Below, in pieces: positions 17,470 to 26,521 of a DNA stretch of 29,738 nt. The notes under the pieces were generated by a model. It did no database searches, had not been told where the DNA came from, and saw only the letters and a list, made by a program, of their open reading frames with translations. The position numbers and the translations under genes are program-made. The stretch lies in the IMG/VR virus record IMGVR_UViG_3300008110_000670, positions 1 through 29,738 of that record. One strand, given 5' to 3'. Positions within the stretch are counted from its first letter, which is position 1, and the number at the start of each line of letters is the position of its first letter. The stretch comes from a virus (taxonomy: Duplodnaviria > Caudoviricetes).

Positions 17470-17499
17470 AATAGCCCGGTTCGCCGGGCTATTTTTTTT
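17470..17499 (+). terminator. Intrinsic terminator
   Basis: AATAGCCCGG-TTCG-CCGGGCTATT followed by a T run; UUCG tetraloop. Confidence 0.93.
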
Positions 17500-17500
17500 G

Positions 17501-17507
17501 ATAAATA
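17501..17507 (+). promoter_or_regulatory. Late promoter motif for the fibre-lysin-baseplate operon
   Basis: ATAAATA immediately after the terminator; TAAGG RBS; ATG at 17529. Confidence 0.72.
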
Positions 17508-17528
17508 CTTAATAAGGTAGATATAGAC

Positions 17529-20500
17529 ATGGCCCAACAATTTATTGATTTTGGAACTTTCCCCAATGATCCGTCGGCAGACCCGATCCGAGCGGCTTTC
17601 CAAAAGATACAGAATAATTTCGTAGACTTATATAATACAACTCTGAGTACTGGTGTAACATCAGTAGAAGTAGGTCCGGGATTAAGTGCAACTAGCAACG
17701 TAGGTAATATATTACTTACTTCTAGTTTCCCTAATATAACAATCAACACAAGTAACAGTTTATTAATAGGAGTTGGTGCCGCAACTAGCAATACTGCAAC
17801 TGTCAACAGTTATAACACCCCATTTGTAATTAATTTAGCAAATACAATAACAACGCCCAACGCTAACATAACTAATCTAGTACGTGCTGGTAATTTAACT
17901 GTCACTAACTTTGTCAATTCAGCATTAGTACCTAATGCTAACGTAACATATGATTTAGGTACCCCATCGTATCGTTGGAAAGATTTATACTTAAGTGGAA
18001 CAACCCTAGTTTTAGGACCACAAACTATTAGTGCTAATGCTTCTACAGTTACGTTTTCTTCTATCACTGTTACTAGCAACATTTCAGTTAATAATATTTC
18101 TATCACAAGTAATATAAGTGTTAGTAATATTTCTAGTTCAGGCAATATTGTAGTAACAAGTAATGCAACTGTTGGAAACTTAACGACAAGCGGTGTAGTA
18201 ACTGCTACAGGAAATATAACAGGTGGTAACTTAGTTACAGGTGGATTAATAAACTCTACTGGAAATGTAACAGGTGGTAACTTAGTTACAGGTGGAGTAG
18301 TAAATTCTACTGGAACAGTAACAGGTGGAAATTTAGCAACCGCAGGTACAATAACTGCTACAGGTAATGCTACCGTAGGTAATTTATCTACTACTGGAGT
18401 TACTGTCACTGGTAATGGATCTTTTGGTAATATAAGTGCAACTGGTGCTATTACTGCTACTGGATTAGGAACATTTGGAAACATCTCTACAGGTAATATT
18501 ACTATTACAGGCAATATTGAAGCAAGTGGAAACCTAGTAGGTAATTTAAGTGCAAATAATTTTTCAATAAGCGGTTATGTCACTGGTGATTTCTTACCAT
18601 CAGCACAGGAAACATATGATTTGGGATCTCCGAGTAATAGATGGCGAGACCTGTACCTAAGCGGTAATTCTTTGAAATTAGGTACAAGTACCATAACATC
18701 TAATAGTAGTGGAATTGTTATACCAAATGCAGTGATTAGCGGTAACCTAGCTGTAGGTAATGTATCAGCGGTAGCAGTATCCGGTACATTGACTACTGCA
18801 AATCAACCAGGTATTACTAGTGTAGGATTACTAAGTAATCTATCAGTGGCTGGCAATTTATCAACAGGTGAACTTAGTGTAGTTGGTAACCTGCAAACTG
18901 CTAATCTAGCCGCAACAAGTATTGTGATTGGCACGGGCAATAATCAAACAACAATCACAGGTAATGGAATTCAAACCAGTGGTAATGCTACATTACAAGC
19001 TCCGGGCGCTGATACTGAAATTCTTTTTAATGATAATGGTAATGCTACTGCTGTTGCGGGACTAACATTTAATAAAAATACAAATCTGTTAAGTATTTCA
19101 GGTAATGTAGCAGGTGGAAATATTATATCATCGGGTGGGGTATCTGCATCAACTGCTACATTAGGTAGTATTGGTGCTAATACACTATCTGCAAATGGTA
19201 ATGTATCTGCAGGTAATTTAATAACCGTTGGTATATTAGCTACATCAGTGGGAATTAATTCAGGTGTAAATTTACCTATGACCTCAATGTCAGGATTGTT
19301 GAACAAAGTAACAGTTACATTTGATGCACAACCTACTGCACCATTTGAAGCAGGTTCTTCAATAGTTATTCAAGACGCTGTGCCTACAGATTATAATGGT
19401 ACATGGACTGTGTTTGACGGAAACACAACTCAGATACGATTTAACAGTGGTCTAACTTCTACTGTAACAGCATTAGGTAGAATATTAGGTGGCGGTAATA
19501 TTGCAACTTCAGGATTTTTAAGTGTTGCAGGCAATGCTAGTATGGGCAATATAACTACTACCACATTAAGCGGTGCTGTAGTGACAGTTTCTGGTAATAT
19601 TTCAGGTGCCAATCTTGTAGCTAGTGGTATCTTACGTGTTGATGGAAATGCAAACGTTGGTAATCTTACCACTAGTGGACTTGTATCTGCGGCTACATTG
19701 GCTGCGACTGATGCCAATGTTACCGGTAATCTAAGTGCAGGAAATTTAAGTGCAAGCGGAACATTATCAGGTGCAAACCTTAGTACATCAGGCCAATTAA
19801 GTGTAACAGGTAACGCTAGTGTAGGCAATGTGTCTACTGCAAGCATATTAATGAACGGCAACTTAACTGGTGCGGCTTTAATGGAATCTGGTTTACTAAA
19901 TGTAACTGGAAATATGACCGGTGGCAATGTATTAACTAATGGCTTCTTAAGTGTTACAGGTAATGCGACTGTTGGTAATGTTATTGCTAACAACAATTTA
20001 GTAATTCAAAAGAGTGCCAATGTTGCAACTAACGTAACAGTTGGAGCAAATGTAGAAATAACAAATATCACAGGATCTACTGGAGTTATTACTGCAACCT
20101 TTGCACAACAAGATACTATTCCGTTCCCTATTGGAGCAACTGTAATTATATCTGACTGTGCCCCATCCGGCTTTAACGGATCATATACTGTATCTACTGG
20201 TAATACCACACAAATTACATTTGCAGGCGGCCAAAGCGGTACAGCAGGAGTTAATGGTAGAATTGTTACAGGTGGATTAGGATTAAGAGTGACCGGTAAT
20301 GCAAGCATGTCTAATATGGAAGTTATTGGATTGATTAATGCATCAACTGGTTCTGCTAATATTGGAACAGTAAACAGTAATGTATTGAGCGTAGTAGGAA
20401 CTGCAAGTGCAGGAAACTTGTCTACAGGTGGTACATTAAGTGTAACTGGAAATGCTACAGCAGGAAATTTTGCAACTGGTTTATTATCAACAACAGGTAA

Positions 20501-21944
20501 CCTAACGGTATCTGCTAATGCTAACATCACTGCATCAATGAGTGTTGGTAGTAATTTAACAGTTGGTGGTACTGCAAATATTCTAACTCTAGAGGCTGCT
20601 AGCTTCCAATCAAATATAGCAAATGCTAATACGATTAATATACCAACAGGCGGTATATTAAGTATGGCAACAGCAAATGCTAATATTGGTAACATAGCAG
20701 CCGGTATATTGGCAGCAACTGGTAACGTTAGCGGTTCCAACTTAATTGCTAGTGGATATCTAGCAGTAACAGGGAATGCAAGTGCTAATAGAATTACAGT
20801 AGCCACAGGTGTTACGACAGGCAGTCACAATATTGGAGGCGCACTAGCAGTAGGAACAAACGTTGCAATTCAAGTAACTGGATCTAGTAGTAACGGAACA
20901 GTGGCAGTATTACAATTTAGTTCGGCTCAAGTAGATGCACCTTTCCCGACTGGACGAAGTATTGTTGTTACCGACTTAGTACCTAGTAATTTGAATGGAA
21001 CATTTGTAGTATTAACATCTAACACAACGCATGTTACCTATAGTAGTAGTGTTAACGGACCAGTTACACAAGGTGGATTTGTAAGGTCTAGTGGTACAGG
21101 TATGATTTTACAAAGTACTGCTAACGTAGGTGGTTTGAATATTATTAATGGTGGTGGAATTGACGCAGGCTCAGGTGCTGTATCAGGTGGAACATTTACT
21201 GCTACTTTATTCTCTGGTAACGGTGCAAGTATAACTGGTATTAATATGTTGAATACCGGAATATCAGTTGTAGTTACGGGTACAGCTGGTACTGGGTCTG
21301 TTGCTACATTAACCTATGCACCGCAAAGCTATGCACCTTTTACACCAGGACAAACTATAACAGTTGCAGGGGTCACCCCAGTAGGATATAACGGATCACA
21401 TACTGTTGTTACATGCACTACCAGTGCAGTAACATATGCAAGTGTTACAACCGGTGGAATGACTGTAGCCGGAACAATAGCAGGAGGTCCTAAGGCTGCG
21501 GCTGCATTACAAGCAGATACAATTATTTCGTCAAGTCAGCCAAATATTACAAGTGTTGGTACTCTAACAGGATTAACATTGAGTGGTGGATTAACAGGAA
21601 CTGATATTACTGCTAGTGGATATGTATTGGCTAGTGTGGGTAATGGAATTTCAGCCGCAGGCACAACTCAGGGAACTGCAACAGGATTAACAAAACAGGT
21701 TAATGTAATATCAAGCGTTAACGTTTCTACTGCTCAAGGTGTGCGATTGCAATCGGCTACAGTTGGAATGCAAATTATTATTGTTAATACGACACCTTCT
21801 CCAGTTAAGGTATATCCTGCTAATGCCGCACAAATTGATGGTTTAGGAACCAATACATCATTCTCATTAGGCGCAGGCGCGAGATTAATGGTAGTAGCAT
21901 CAAGTACCACACAATGGTATACAATGGTTGGAGTATATGGATAA
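17529..21944 (+). CDS. Long repeat-rich tail fibre / baseplate-attached adhesin
   Basis: N-terminal IDFGTFPNDPSADPIRAAFQKIQNNF.DLY resembles the T4 gp9/gp10 attachment motif; extensive G-N beta-repeats; four internal PF..G..I.....P...NG...V modules; gp9/gp10-like C-terminal domain. Confidence 0.8.
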   Translation: MAQQFIDFGTFPNDPSADPIRAAFQKIQNNFVDLYNTTLSTGVTSVEVGPGLSATSNVGNILLTSSFPNITINTSNSLLIGVGAATSNTATVNSYNTPFVINLANTITTPNANITNLVRAGNLTVTNFVNSALVPNANVTYDLGTPSYRWKDLYLSGTTLVLGPQTISANASTVTFSSITVTSNISVNNISITSNISVSNISSSGNIVVTSNATVGNLTTSGVVTATGNITGGNLVTGGLINSTGNVTGGNLVTGGVVNSTGTVTGGNLATAGTITATGNATVGNLSTTGVTVTGNGSFGNISATGAITATGLGTFGNISTGNITITGNIEASGNLVGNLSANNFSISGYVTGDFLPSAQETYDLGSPSNRWRDLYLSGNSLKLGTSTITSNSSGIVIPNAVISGNLAVGNVSAVAVSGTLTTANQPGITSVGLLSNLSVAGNLSTGELSVVGNLQTANLAATSIVIGTGNNQTTITGNGIQTSGNATLQAPGADTEILFNDNGNATAVAGLTFNKNTNLLSISGNVAGGNIISSGGVSASTATLGSIGANTLSANGNVSAGNLITVGILATSVGINSGVNLPMTSMSGLLNKVTVTFDAQPTAPFEAGSSIVIQDAVPTDYNGTWTVFDGNTTQIRFNSGLTSTVTALGRILGGGNIATSGFLSVAGNASMGNITTTTLSGAVVTVSGNISGANLVASGILRVDGNANVGNLTTSGLVSAATLAATDANVTGNLSAGNLSASGTLSGANLSTSGQLSVTGNASVGNVSTASILMNGNLTGAALMESGLLNVTGNMTGGNVLTNGFLSVTGNATVGNVIANNNLVIQKSANVATNVTVGANVEITNITGSTGVITATFAQQDTIPFPIGATVIISDCAPSGFNGSYTVSTGNTTQITFAGGQSGTAGVNGRIVTGGLGLRVTGNASMSNMEVIGLINASTGSANIGTVNSNVLSVVGTASAGNLSTGGTLSVTGNATAGNFATGLLSTTGNLTVSANANITASMSVGSNLTVGGTANILTLEAASFQSNIANANTINIPTGGILSMATANANIGNIAAGILAATGNVSGSNLIASGYLAVTGNASANRITVATGVTTGSHNIGGALAVGTNVAIQVTGSSSNGTVAVLQFSSAQVDAPFPTGRSIVVTDLVPSNLNGTFVVLTSNTTHVTYSSSVNGPVTQGGFVRSSGTGMILQSTANVGGLNIINGGGIDAGSGAVSGGTFTATLFSGNGASITGINMLNTGISVVVTGTAGTGSVATLTYAPQSYAPFTPGQTITVAGVTPVGYNGSHTVVTCTTSAVTYASVTTGGMTVAGTIAGGPKAAAALQADTIISSSQPNITSVGTLTGLTLSGGLTGTDITASGYVLASVGNGISAAGTTQGTATGLTKQVNVISSVNVSTAQGVRLQSATVGMQIIIVNTTPSPVKVYPANAAQIDGLGTNTSFSLGAGARLMVVASSTTQWYTMVGVYG
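18217..18340 (+). repeat. 51-bp period tandem repeat inside the fibre gene
   Basis: TAACAGGTGGTAACTTAGTTACAGGTGGA (29 bp) exact at 18217 and 18268, degenerate third copy at 18319; encodes 17-aa TGGNLVTGG..NSTG.V units. Confidence 0.85.
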
Positions 21945-21959
21945 AATTAAGGAAACAAA

Positions 21960-22580
21960 ATGATAACAGTAGAACTATTACAAAAAGTATGTCCAAAAAC
22001 AAAATTAAGTGTTTTGCAATTATATGCTGAACCTTTACATGAAGTCGCTGAATACTATGACATGTATGATAACATGCATCGTGCGGCCGCATTCATAGCA
22101 CAAACTGCACATGAGTCAGGTGGATTCAATTTTGTTAAAGAAAATTTAAATTATAGTGCTAAAGGATTGATGGGAACTTTTAAAAAGTATTTCCCCACAG
22201 AAGAATTAGCAAAACAATATGAACGTAAACCTGAGAAGATTGCCAATCGTGTATACGCCAATCGTATGGCTAACGGTGATGAAGCGAGTGGTGATGGATA
22301 TAGATTCTGCGGCCGTGGATTGATTCAATTGACCGGTCGTGCTAACTATACAAAATTTGCCGCAGACTTGGGAATTTCAATTGAAGAAACTGTTGCATAT
22401 TTAGAAACACCAGCTGGCGCAGTATCTAGTGCAGGTTGGTTCTGGGATAATAATAATTTAAATCAATATTGTGACAAAGATGATTTTGTAACATTAACTA
22501 AACGTATCAATGGTGGTACTATTGGTTTAGAAGATAGAAAACATCACTATCATTTAGCATTGGAAATATTAGGTCACTAA
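21960..22580 (+). CDS. Glycoside hydrolase family 19 lysin (chitinase-like lysozyme)
   Basis: AAFIAQTAHESGGF, ENLNYS, GDGYRFCGRGLIQLTGRANY, SAGWFW, TKRINGG..GLEDR. Confidence 0.93.
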   Translation: MITVELLQKVCPKTKLSVLQLYAEPLHEVAEYYDMYDNMHRAAAFIAQTAHESGGFNFVKENLNYSAKGLMGTFKKYFPTEELAKQYERKPEKIANRVYANRMANGDEASGDGYRFCGRGLIQLTGRANYTKFAADLGISIEETVAYLETPAGAVSSAGWFWDNNNLNQYCDKDDFVTLTKRINGGTIGLEDRKHHYHLALEILGH

Positions 22581-22581
22581 T

Positions 22582-24756
22582 ATGGCGCAACCAAATTGGG
22601 TAACGGCAGCAGGATCATTGGGAGTATTTCCCTCAGGTCTAGCATTCAATATTAGACTTGTAGCTAGACCAAGGGCTCCGGCTACAACGTTAAGTTATAG
22701 TTTGTTGAATGGTAATCTGCCGACAGGTATTGAAAGCGACCCACTAAGACTAACTACCGATGGATATGTTGTGGGCACACCAAATAATGTAGCAGTAGAG
22801 ACTACATATACATTTACAGTACGAGTGTCGGATGATTTTAATAATATAAGAGATAGAACATTCTCAATAAAAATATTTGGATTCAATGGCATTAGAATTT
22901 CTACTCCAGCCGGTGAACTAATGAATGTAATTGATAGCAGATACGTTGATTATAACATATCGGTAAATAATCCTGTTACACCTAATCCTTATATTTTATC
23001 AATATCATCAGGTGAGTTGCCACCAGGATTGCAAATGGATAGTCAAGGAAAGATAACTGGATTCCCATTGCCACCGTTAACTAATGCAGGATCTATAACT
23101 ACTAAAACATATACGTTCTCTGTTCAACTAACTAGTAGATTAGGTAAAGATAGTAAAACGTACAACATAAAGATTAGAAATCAAGAATTAACTAATCCGC
23201 CAAATACTAGACCACCTGTTATATTAAATAACACACCACTGTATAAGCCTGTTGATAGCCATGACCCATTGTATAGTTATTACTTACCAGAAGATAATCT
23301 TATACCTACTATTAATTCAGGAGAATATTTCTCATTTAAAATTATAGGACACGATTTTGATAACAATACATTGAGATACGAATATGGAGTTTTGCCACCT
23401 GGATTATTGGGAGATCCATTAACAGGATGGATAACTGGTATTCCTACTATTCCAACAGATAGCATAGGTAGATATAGATTCTTTGTTAAAGTATCTAAAA
23501 TTAACAATATTAATATAACTAGTCAAACTGAAACATATACTATCGTAGTTACTAACAGTATTGTACAAGATGTTGAATGGGTTACAGATGCTAATCTAGG
23601 TACTGTATTTAATGGTCAAGTGAGTGAACTATTTGTAAAAGCCAATAGTGAAAATGATTTAGAATATAAATTGTCCAGTGGAGAACTTCCACCTAACATG
23701 TCATTACTAAGTAATGGACAAATAGTAGGTAGAATACCTAGTCAACCAAATTCATACGGACTCCAACCACAAGGTAGCTCTATGAATTGGACCTTTAGCA
23801 TTACTGCTTTCAATCCTAGATATCCTGTAGTATCAAGCGAAAGAGAATTTACATTAAGCATATATCAAAAATATAACAAACCAACTGAAAATATATATTT
23901 CAAAGCAACTCCTAATATTGAGGGTAGACAGATTATACAATCTTTATTAAACAATGAAGAACTAATTCCTCAAAATTATCTGTATAGACCCGATGATGTT
24001 TACTTTGGTAAAGCTGACAGTGTGAAGTATACTCATATATATGGTATGGAGCCTACGGATCTAGTAACGTATATAAATGCCATCAACCTTAACCATTACT
24101 ATCGTAAACTAGTATTGGGTGAGATTAAAACAGCCATAGCTAGAGATAGTAATAATGATATCCTATATGAAGTTGTTTACGCTGATATAGTTGATGACCT
24201 AATAAATCCTCAAGGGGTATCACTGCCACAAGAAATAATATGGGACTATGATATACCTTTAGATTTGGGTCCTTACTTTGTTTCAAATACTGATGTTTTT
24301 ACTAGTTCTAATCTGTTCTTTACATCTTTCTCATTTGGTACAATTAAAAAATTGTATCCAGCAAGCGTTACAAATATGCGTACAGAACTATTAAATGTTC
24401 TGCCTCATAATACTGACCAAGACTTATTACCAAAATGGATGACTAGTCAACAATTAGATGGTAATACATTGGGTTATGTTAAGGCATGGGTGATAGCTTA
24501 CACTTTACCTGATAAGAGCGTAACAATTAAAAACAATATAAACAATTATTGGCAGTACACATTAAACATGATAGATTTTTCTGTTGATAGGTTTATAATT
24601 GATAGAAGTGGTACTTTCAACTACGATACTAATTTGTCCATACCAGCATGGACTGAGTTACCTAGCAGTACACCTACTCCAGATCCTATTGATTATTATG
24701 ATATTCCGGTATTATTCCCTAGAAAAACTATTTTACCTAAGAATGTAGACTACTAA
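22582..24756 (+). CDS. Ig-like repeat virion/baseplate protein
   Basis: Four YxLxxGxLPxGL...G.I.G.P....Y.F.V repeats (putative Ig domain); C-terminal LPKWMTSQQ...LGYVKAWVIAYT domain. Confidence 0.75.
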   Translation: MAQPNWVTAAGSLGVFPSGLAFNIRLVARPRAPATTLSYSLLNGNLPTGIESDPLRLTTDGYVVGTPNNVAVETTYTFTVRVSDDFNNIRDRTFSIKIFGFNGIRISTPAGELMNVIDSRYVDYNISVNNPVTPNPYILSISSGELPPGLQMDSQGKITGFPLPPLTNAGSITTKTYTFSVQLTSRLGKDSKTYNIKIRNQELTNPPNTRPPVILNNTPLYKPVDSHDPLYSYYLPEDNLIPTINSGEYFSFKIIGHDFDNNTLRYEYGVLPPGLLGDPLTGWITGIPTIPTDSIGRYRFFVKVSKINNINITSQTETYTIVVTNSIVQDVEWVTDANLGTVFNGQVSELFVKANSENDLEYKLSSGELPPNMSLLSNGQIVGRIPSQPNSYGLQPQGSSMNWTFSITAFNPRYPVVSSEREFTLSIYQKYNKPTENIYFKATPNIEGRQIIQSLLNNEELIPQNYLYRPDDVYFGKADSVKYTHIYGMEPTDLVTYINAINLNHYYRKLVLGEIKTAIARDSNNDILYEVVYADIVDDLINPQGVSLPQEIIWDYDIPLDLGPYFVSNTDVFTSSNLFFTSFSFGTIKKLYPASVTNMRTELLNVLPHNTDQDLLPKWMTSQQLDGNTLGYVKAWVIAYTLPDKSVTIKNNINNYWQYTLNMIDFSVDRFIIDRSGTFNYDTNLSIPAWTELPSSTPTPDPIDYYDIPVLFPRKTILPKNVDY

Positions 24757-24759
24757 ATA
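24753..24759 (+). promoter_or_regulatory. Late promoter motif variant CTAAATA overlapping the upstream stop codon
   Basis: CTAAATA 17 nt before ATG 24777. Confidence 0.5.
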
Positions 24760-24776
24760 TATAACGGGACAACAAC

Positions 24777-25610
24777 ATGAGTACAATAAACACAAATTCA
24801 ATTGATATCAATTATCCTATTCCGGGTATAAACAACAGCACTCAGGGATTCAGAGATAATTTTACTAGCGTTAAACAGAACCTAGACATTGCTAGTACTG
24901 AAATATCAGACTTGCAAAATAAAGTCGTAGTTAAGTCTGCATTAGCTGGTACAGTTTTAAATAATGATATGGCTAACACTCTTATAAGCAATGCGGCTGT
25001 GCAGGGCTTTCGTGCTAAAACATATAACATGGGAAGTAACTTAGGAGGAACAGTTACAATTGACGTATCTAAAGCTGACGTACAGTATGGTACTGTAACA
25101 GCTACCGGTACTACTACTCTTGCATTTGGTGGTTGGGCACCTTCTGGTACACAGAGTAATGTTCAAATACGCATATCAGTAGATCCTAATGTATCTATTG
25201 ATGAAACTTCATATTTGTTATTTCCTTCAACTGATATTAATTCTAGTGGTAATATTGTAGCAGGATTAACTTCCAGTGCTAGAATACTTGAAAACTATGC
25301 ATCAAATGTTGCAGATGCTAGTGTTGGACCAGATATGACATATACTAATGTCGTTAGTTTAACCGGGATGCAAGAACTTGACTTTACTATTTCCACAATA
25401 GATTGTGGTACAATACTAGAAGTTACACCTATTAACAAGAATCAAAAAGCTGGGCAAATACCAATACGTATACCCACAGCAACCGGCCAACCGGGCGATT
25501 GGCCAGGTAAGATTTGTATGGGCAATCAATACATATACGTTTGTGTTGGTGCATATGATGGTAGTACTGCAATATGGGTAAAAGTTAATGCTGCCTTTTC
25601 TGCAATATAA
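24777..25610 (+). CDS. Virion structural protein (baseplate/fibre-associated)
   Basis: N-terminal YPIPG.NN.TQGFRDNF..coiled coil; C-terminal P.ATGQPGD.PG.I.....YIYVC.......W motif seen in fibre-like proteins. Confidence 0.6.
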   Translation: MSTINTNSIDINYPIPGINNSTQGFRDNFTSVKQNLDIASTEISDLQNKVVVKSALAGTVLNNDMANTLISNAAVQGFRAKTYNMGSNLGGTVTIDVSKADVQYGTVTATGTTTLAFGGWAPSGTQSNVQIRISVDPNVSIDETSYLLFPSTDINSSGNIVAGLTSSARILENYASNVADASVGPDMTYTNVVSLTGMQELDFTISTIDCGTILEVTPINKNQKAGQIPIRIPTATGQPGDWPGKICMGNQYIYVCVGAYDGSTAIWVKVNAAFSAI

Positions 25611-25629
25611 TTTTTCTACATAGTTTCTA

Positions 25630-25649
25630 TGCATTAAATACTTAATGCA
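25630..25649 (+). promoter_or_regulatory. Late promoter inside an inverted repeat covering a leaderless start codon
   Basis: TGCATTAA-ATAC-TTAATGCA 8-bp stem; TAAATA 25635-25640 then CTTA then ATG 25645; no RBS. Confidence 0.65.
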
Positions 25650-25881
25650 ACACCCCTTTATACATGACCTAAGCGGTAAGTCTATGGAAGAACTGCAAAA
25701 CACTATCCAAGACTTATCCGCAAAACTGAACTTTGTTTACCGAAGTCAGAACGGACCTATGATTCAACAAATGCAAATGGTAATGGAAAGTTACCGTGCT
25801 GAATATGCCAAGCGCATTGATGATATATACAAAAAACAAAATCTACAAAACAAAATCAACATATCAAAAGAAAAAAAATGA
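25645..25881 (+). CDS. Small helical hypothetical protein
   Basis: 78-aa ORF with promoter motif and ATGA overlap with the next gene. Confidence 0.72.
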   Translation: MQHPFIHDLSGKSMEELQNTIQDLSAKLNFVYRSQNGPMIQQMQMVMESYRAEYAKRIDDIYKKQNLQNKINISKEKK

Positions 25882-26483
25882 CAGCAAGAATACAACGTGA
25901 TTTCGAATTCGTTTCAGGAGTGTTTGTTGATAACGAATTATACATGAACATATATAACTTTGATGTACATTTTAATGTACAATCAGAATCAATTGAAGCA
26001 CAAAATATAGCATTAGATAGAGTAAAACATCTAATTAGCACATTAGAAAATGTTGTATTTGTATATGATAAAGATATAGAAACTATCGAAAAATTATACA
26101 ATGCAGACATACGTGTTTGCCCATTACCAGAAGAACCGTACGACCAGATTGTGGGTATTATGCTTTTGGTAAAAATCAATGCAATTACTGAAGGTAACTT
26201 AGTTGCATCTGATATTAGTATCCTATCTAAGATGAGTGATGGTGTTAGTTGCCTACACAGTATTGAAGAAAACACAGGTCCTTTTAAACTAAAGGGTTGG
26301 TGGAACGACAGTAGTCCAAAACTATCAAATGGTATCCCTAAAGTAAAAGGTAAGAAAGTAGTTAGATTACCCAAGACTCCAAACAACTGGGATGATTTAA
26401 ATCTAAATTGGGAAACAAAAAAAGAATCTAATGTTATTAGCGAGATTGTGTTTGCTAGTTTTGAAAGTAAAACGGAGAAATAA
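25878..26483 (+). CDS. Hypothetical protein, possibly a degenerate QueD/PTPS-like T-fold
   Basis: 201-aa ORF; pattern RDFEF...YNFDVHF...LDRVK....LENVVFV...EEPYDQIVG parallels QueD but lacks the Zn-binding histidines. Confidence 0.55.
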   Translation: MTARIQRDFEFVSGVFVDNELYMNIYNFDVHFNVQSESIEAQNIALDRVKHLISTLENVVFVYDKDIETIEKLYNADIRVCPLPEEPYDQIVGIMLLVKINAITEGNLVASDISILSKMSDGVSCLHSIEENTGPFKLKGWWNDSSPKLSNGIPKVKGKKVVRLPKTPNNWDDLNLNWETKKESNVISEIVFASFESKTEK

Positions 26484-26486
26484 CTA

Positions 26487-26515
26487 TTGACTAGCATAAA
26501 ATATTATGCTACAAT
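26487..26515 (+). promoter_or_regulatory. Sigma70-type promoter with extended -10 and overlapping operator-like inverted repeat
   Basis: TTGACT-17 nt-TACAAT with TGn before the -10; TAGCATAA-AATA-TTATGCTA at 26492-26511; ATG 7 nt after the -10. Confidence 0.8.
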
Positions 26516-26521
26516 AGATGC

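Noticed and set aside
18217-18340. Repeat-spacer-like pattern resembling a mini CRISPR array
   Set aside because: 51-bp in-frame coding repeat whose 'spacers' are similar to each other; no cas genes
17489-20806. Long antisense ORFs (up to 266 aa) opposite the fibre gene
   Set aside because: Shadow frames caused by the Gly/Asn/Thr/Val codon repetition of the sense gene; no RBS, promoter or recognisable motifs
21400-21944. Diversity-generating retroelement target at the fibre C-terminus
   Set aside because: No reverse transcriptase or adenine-variant template repeat seen in the window
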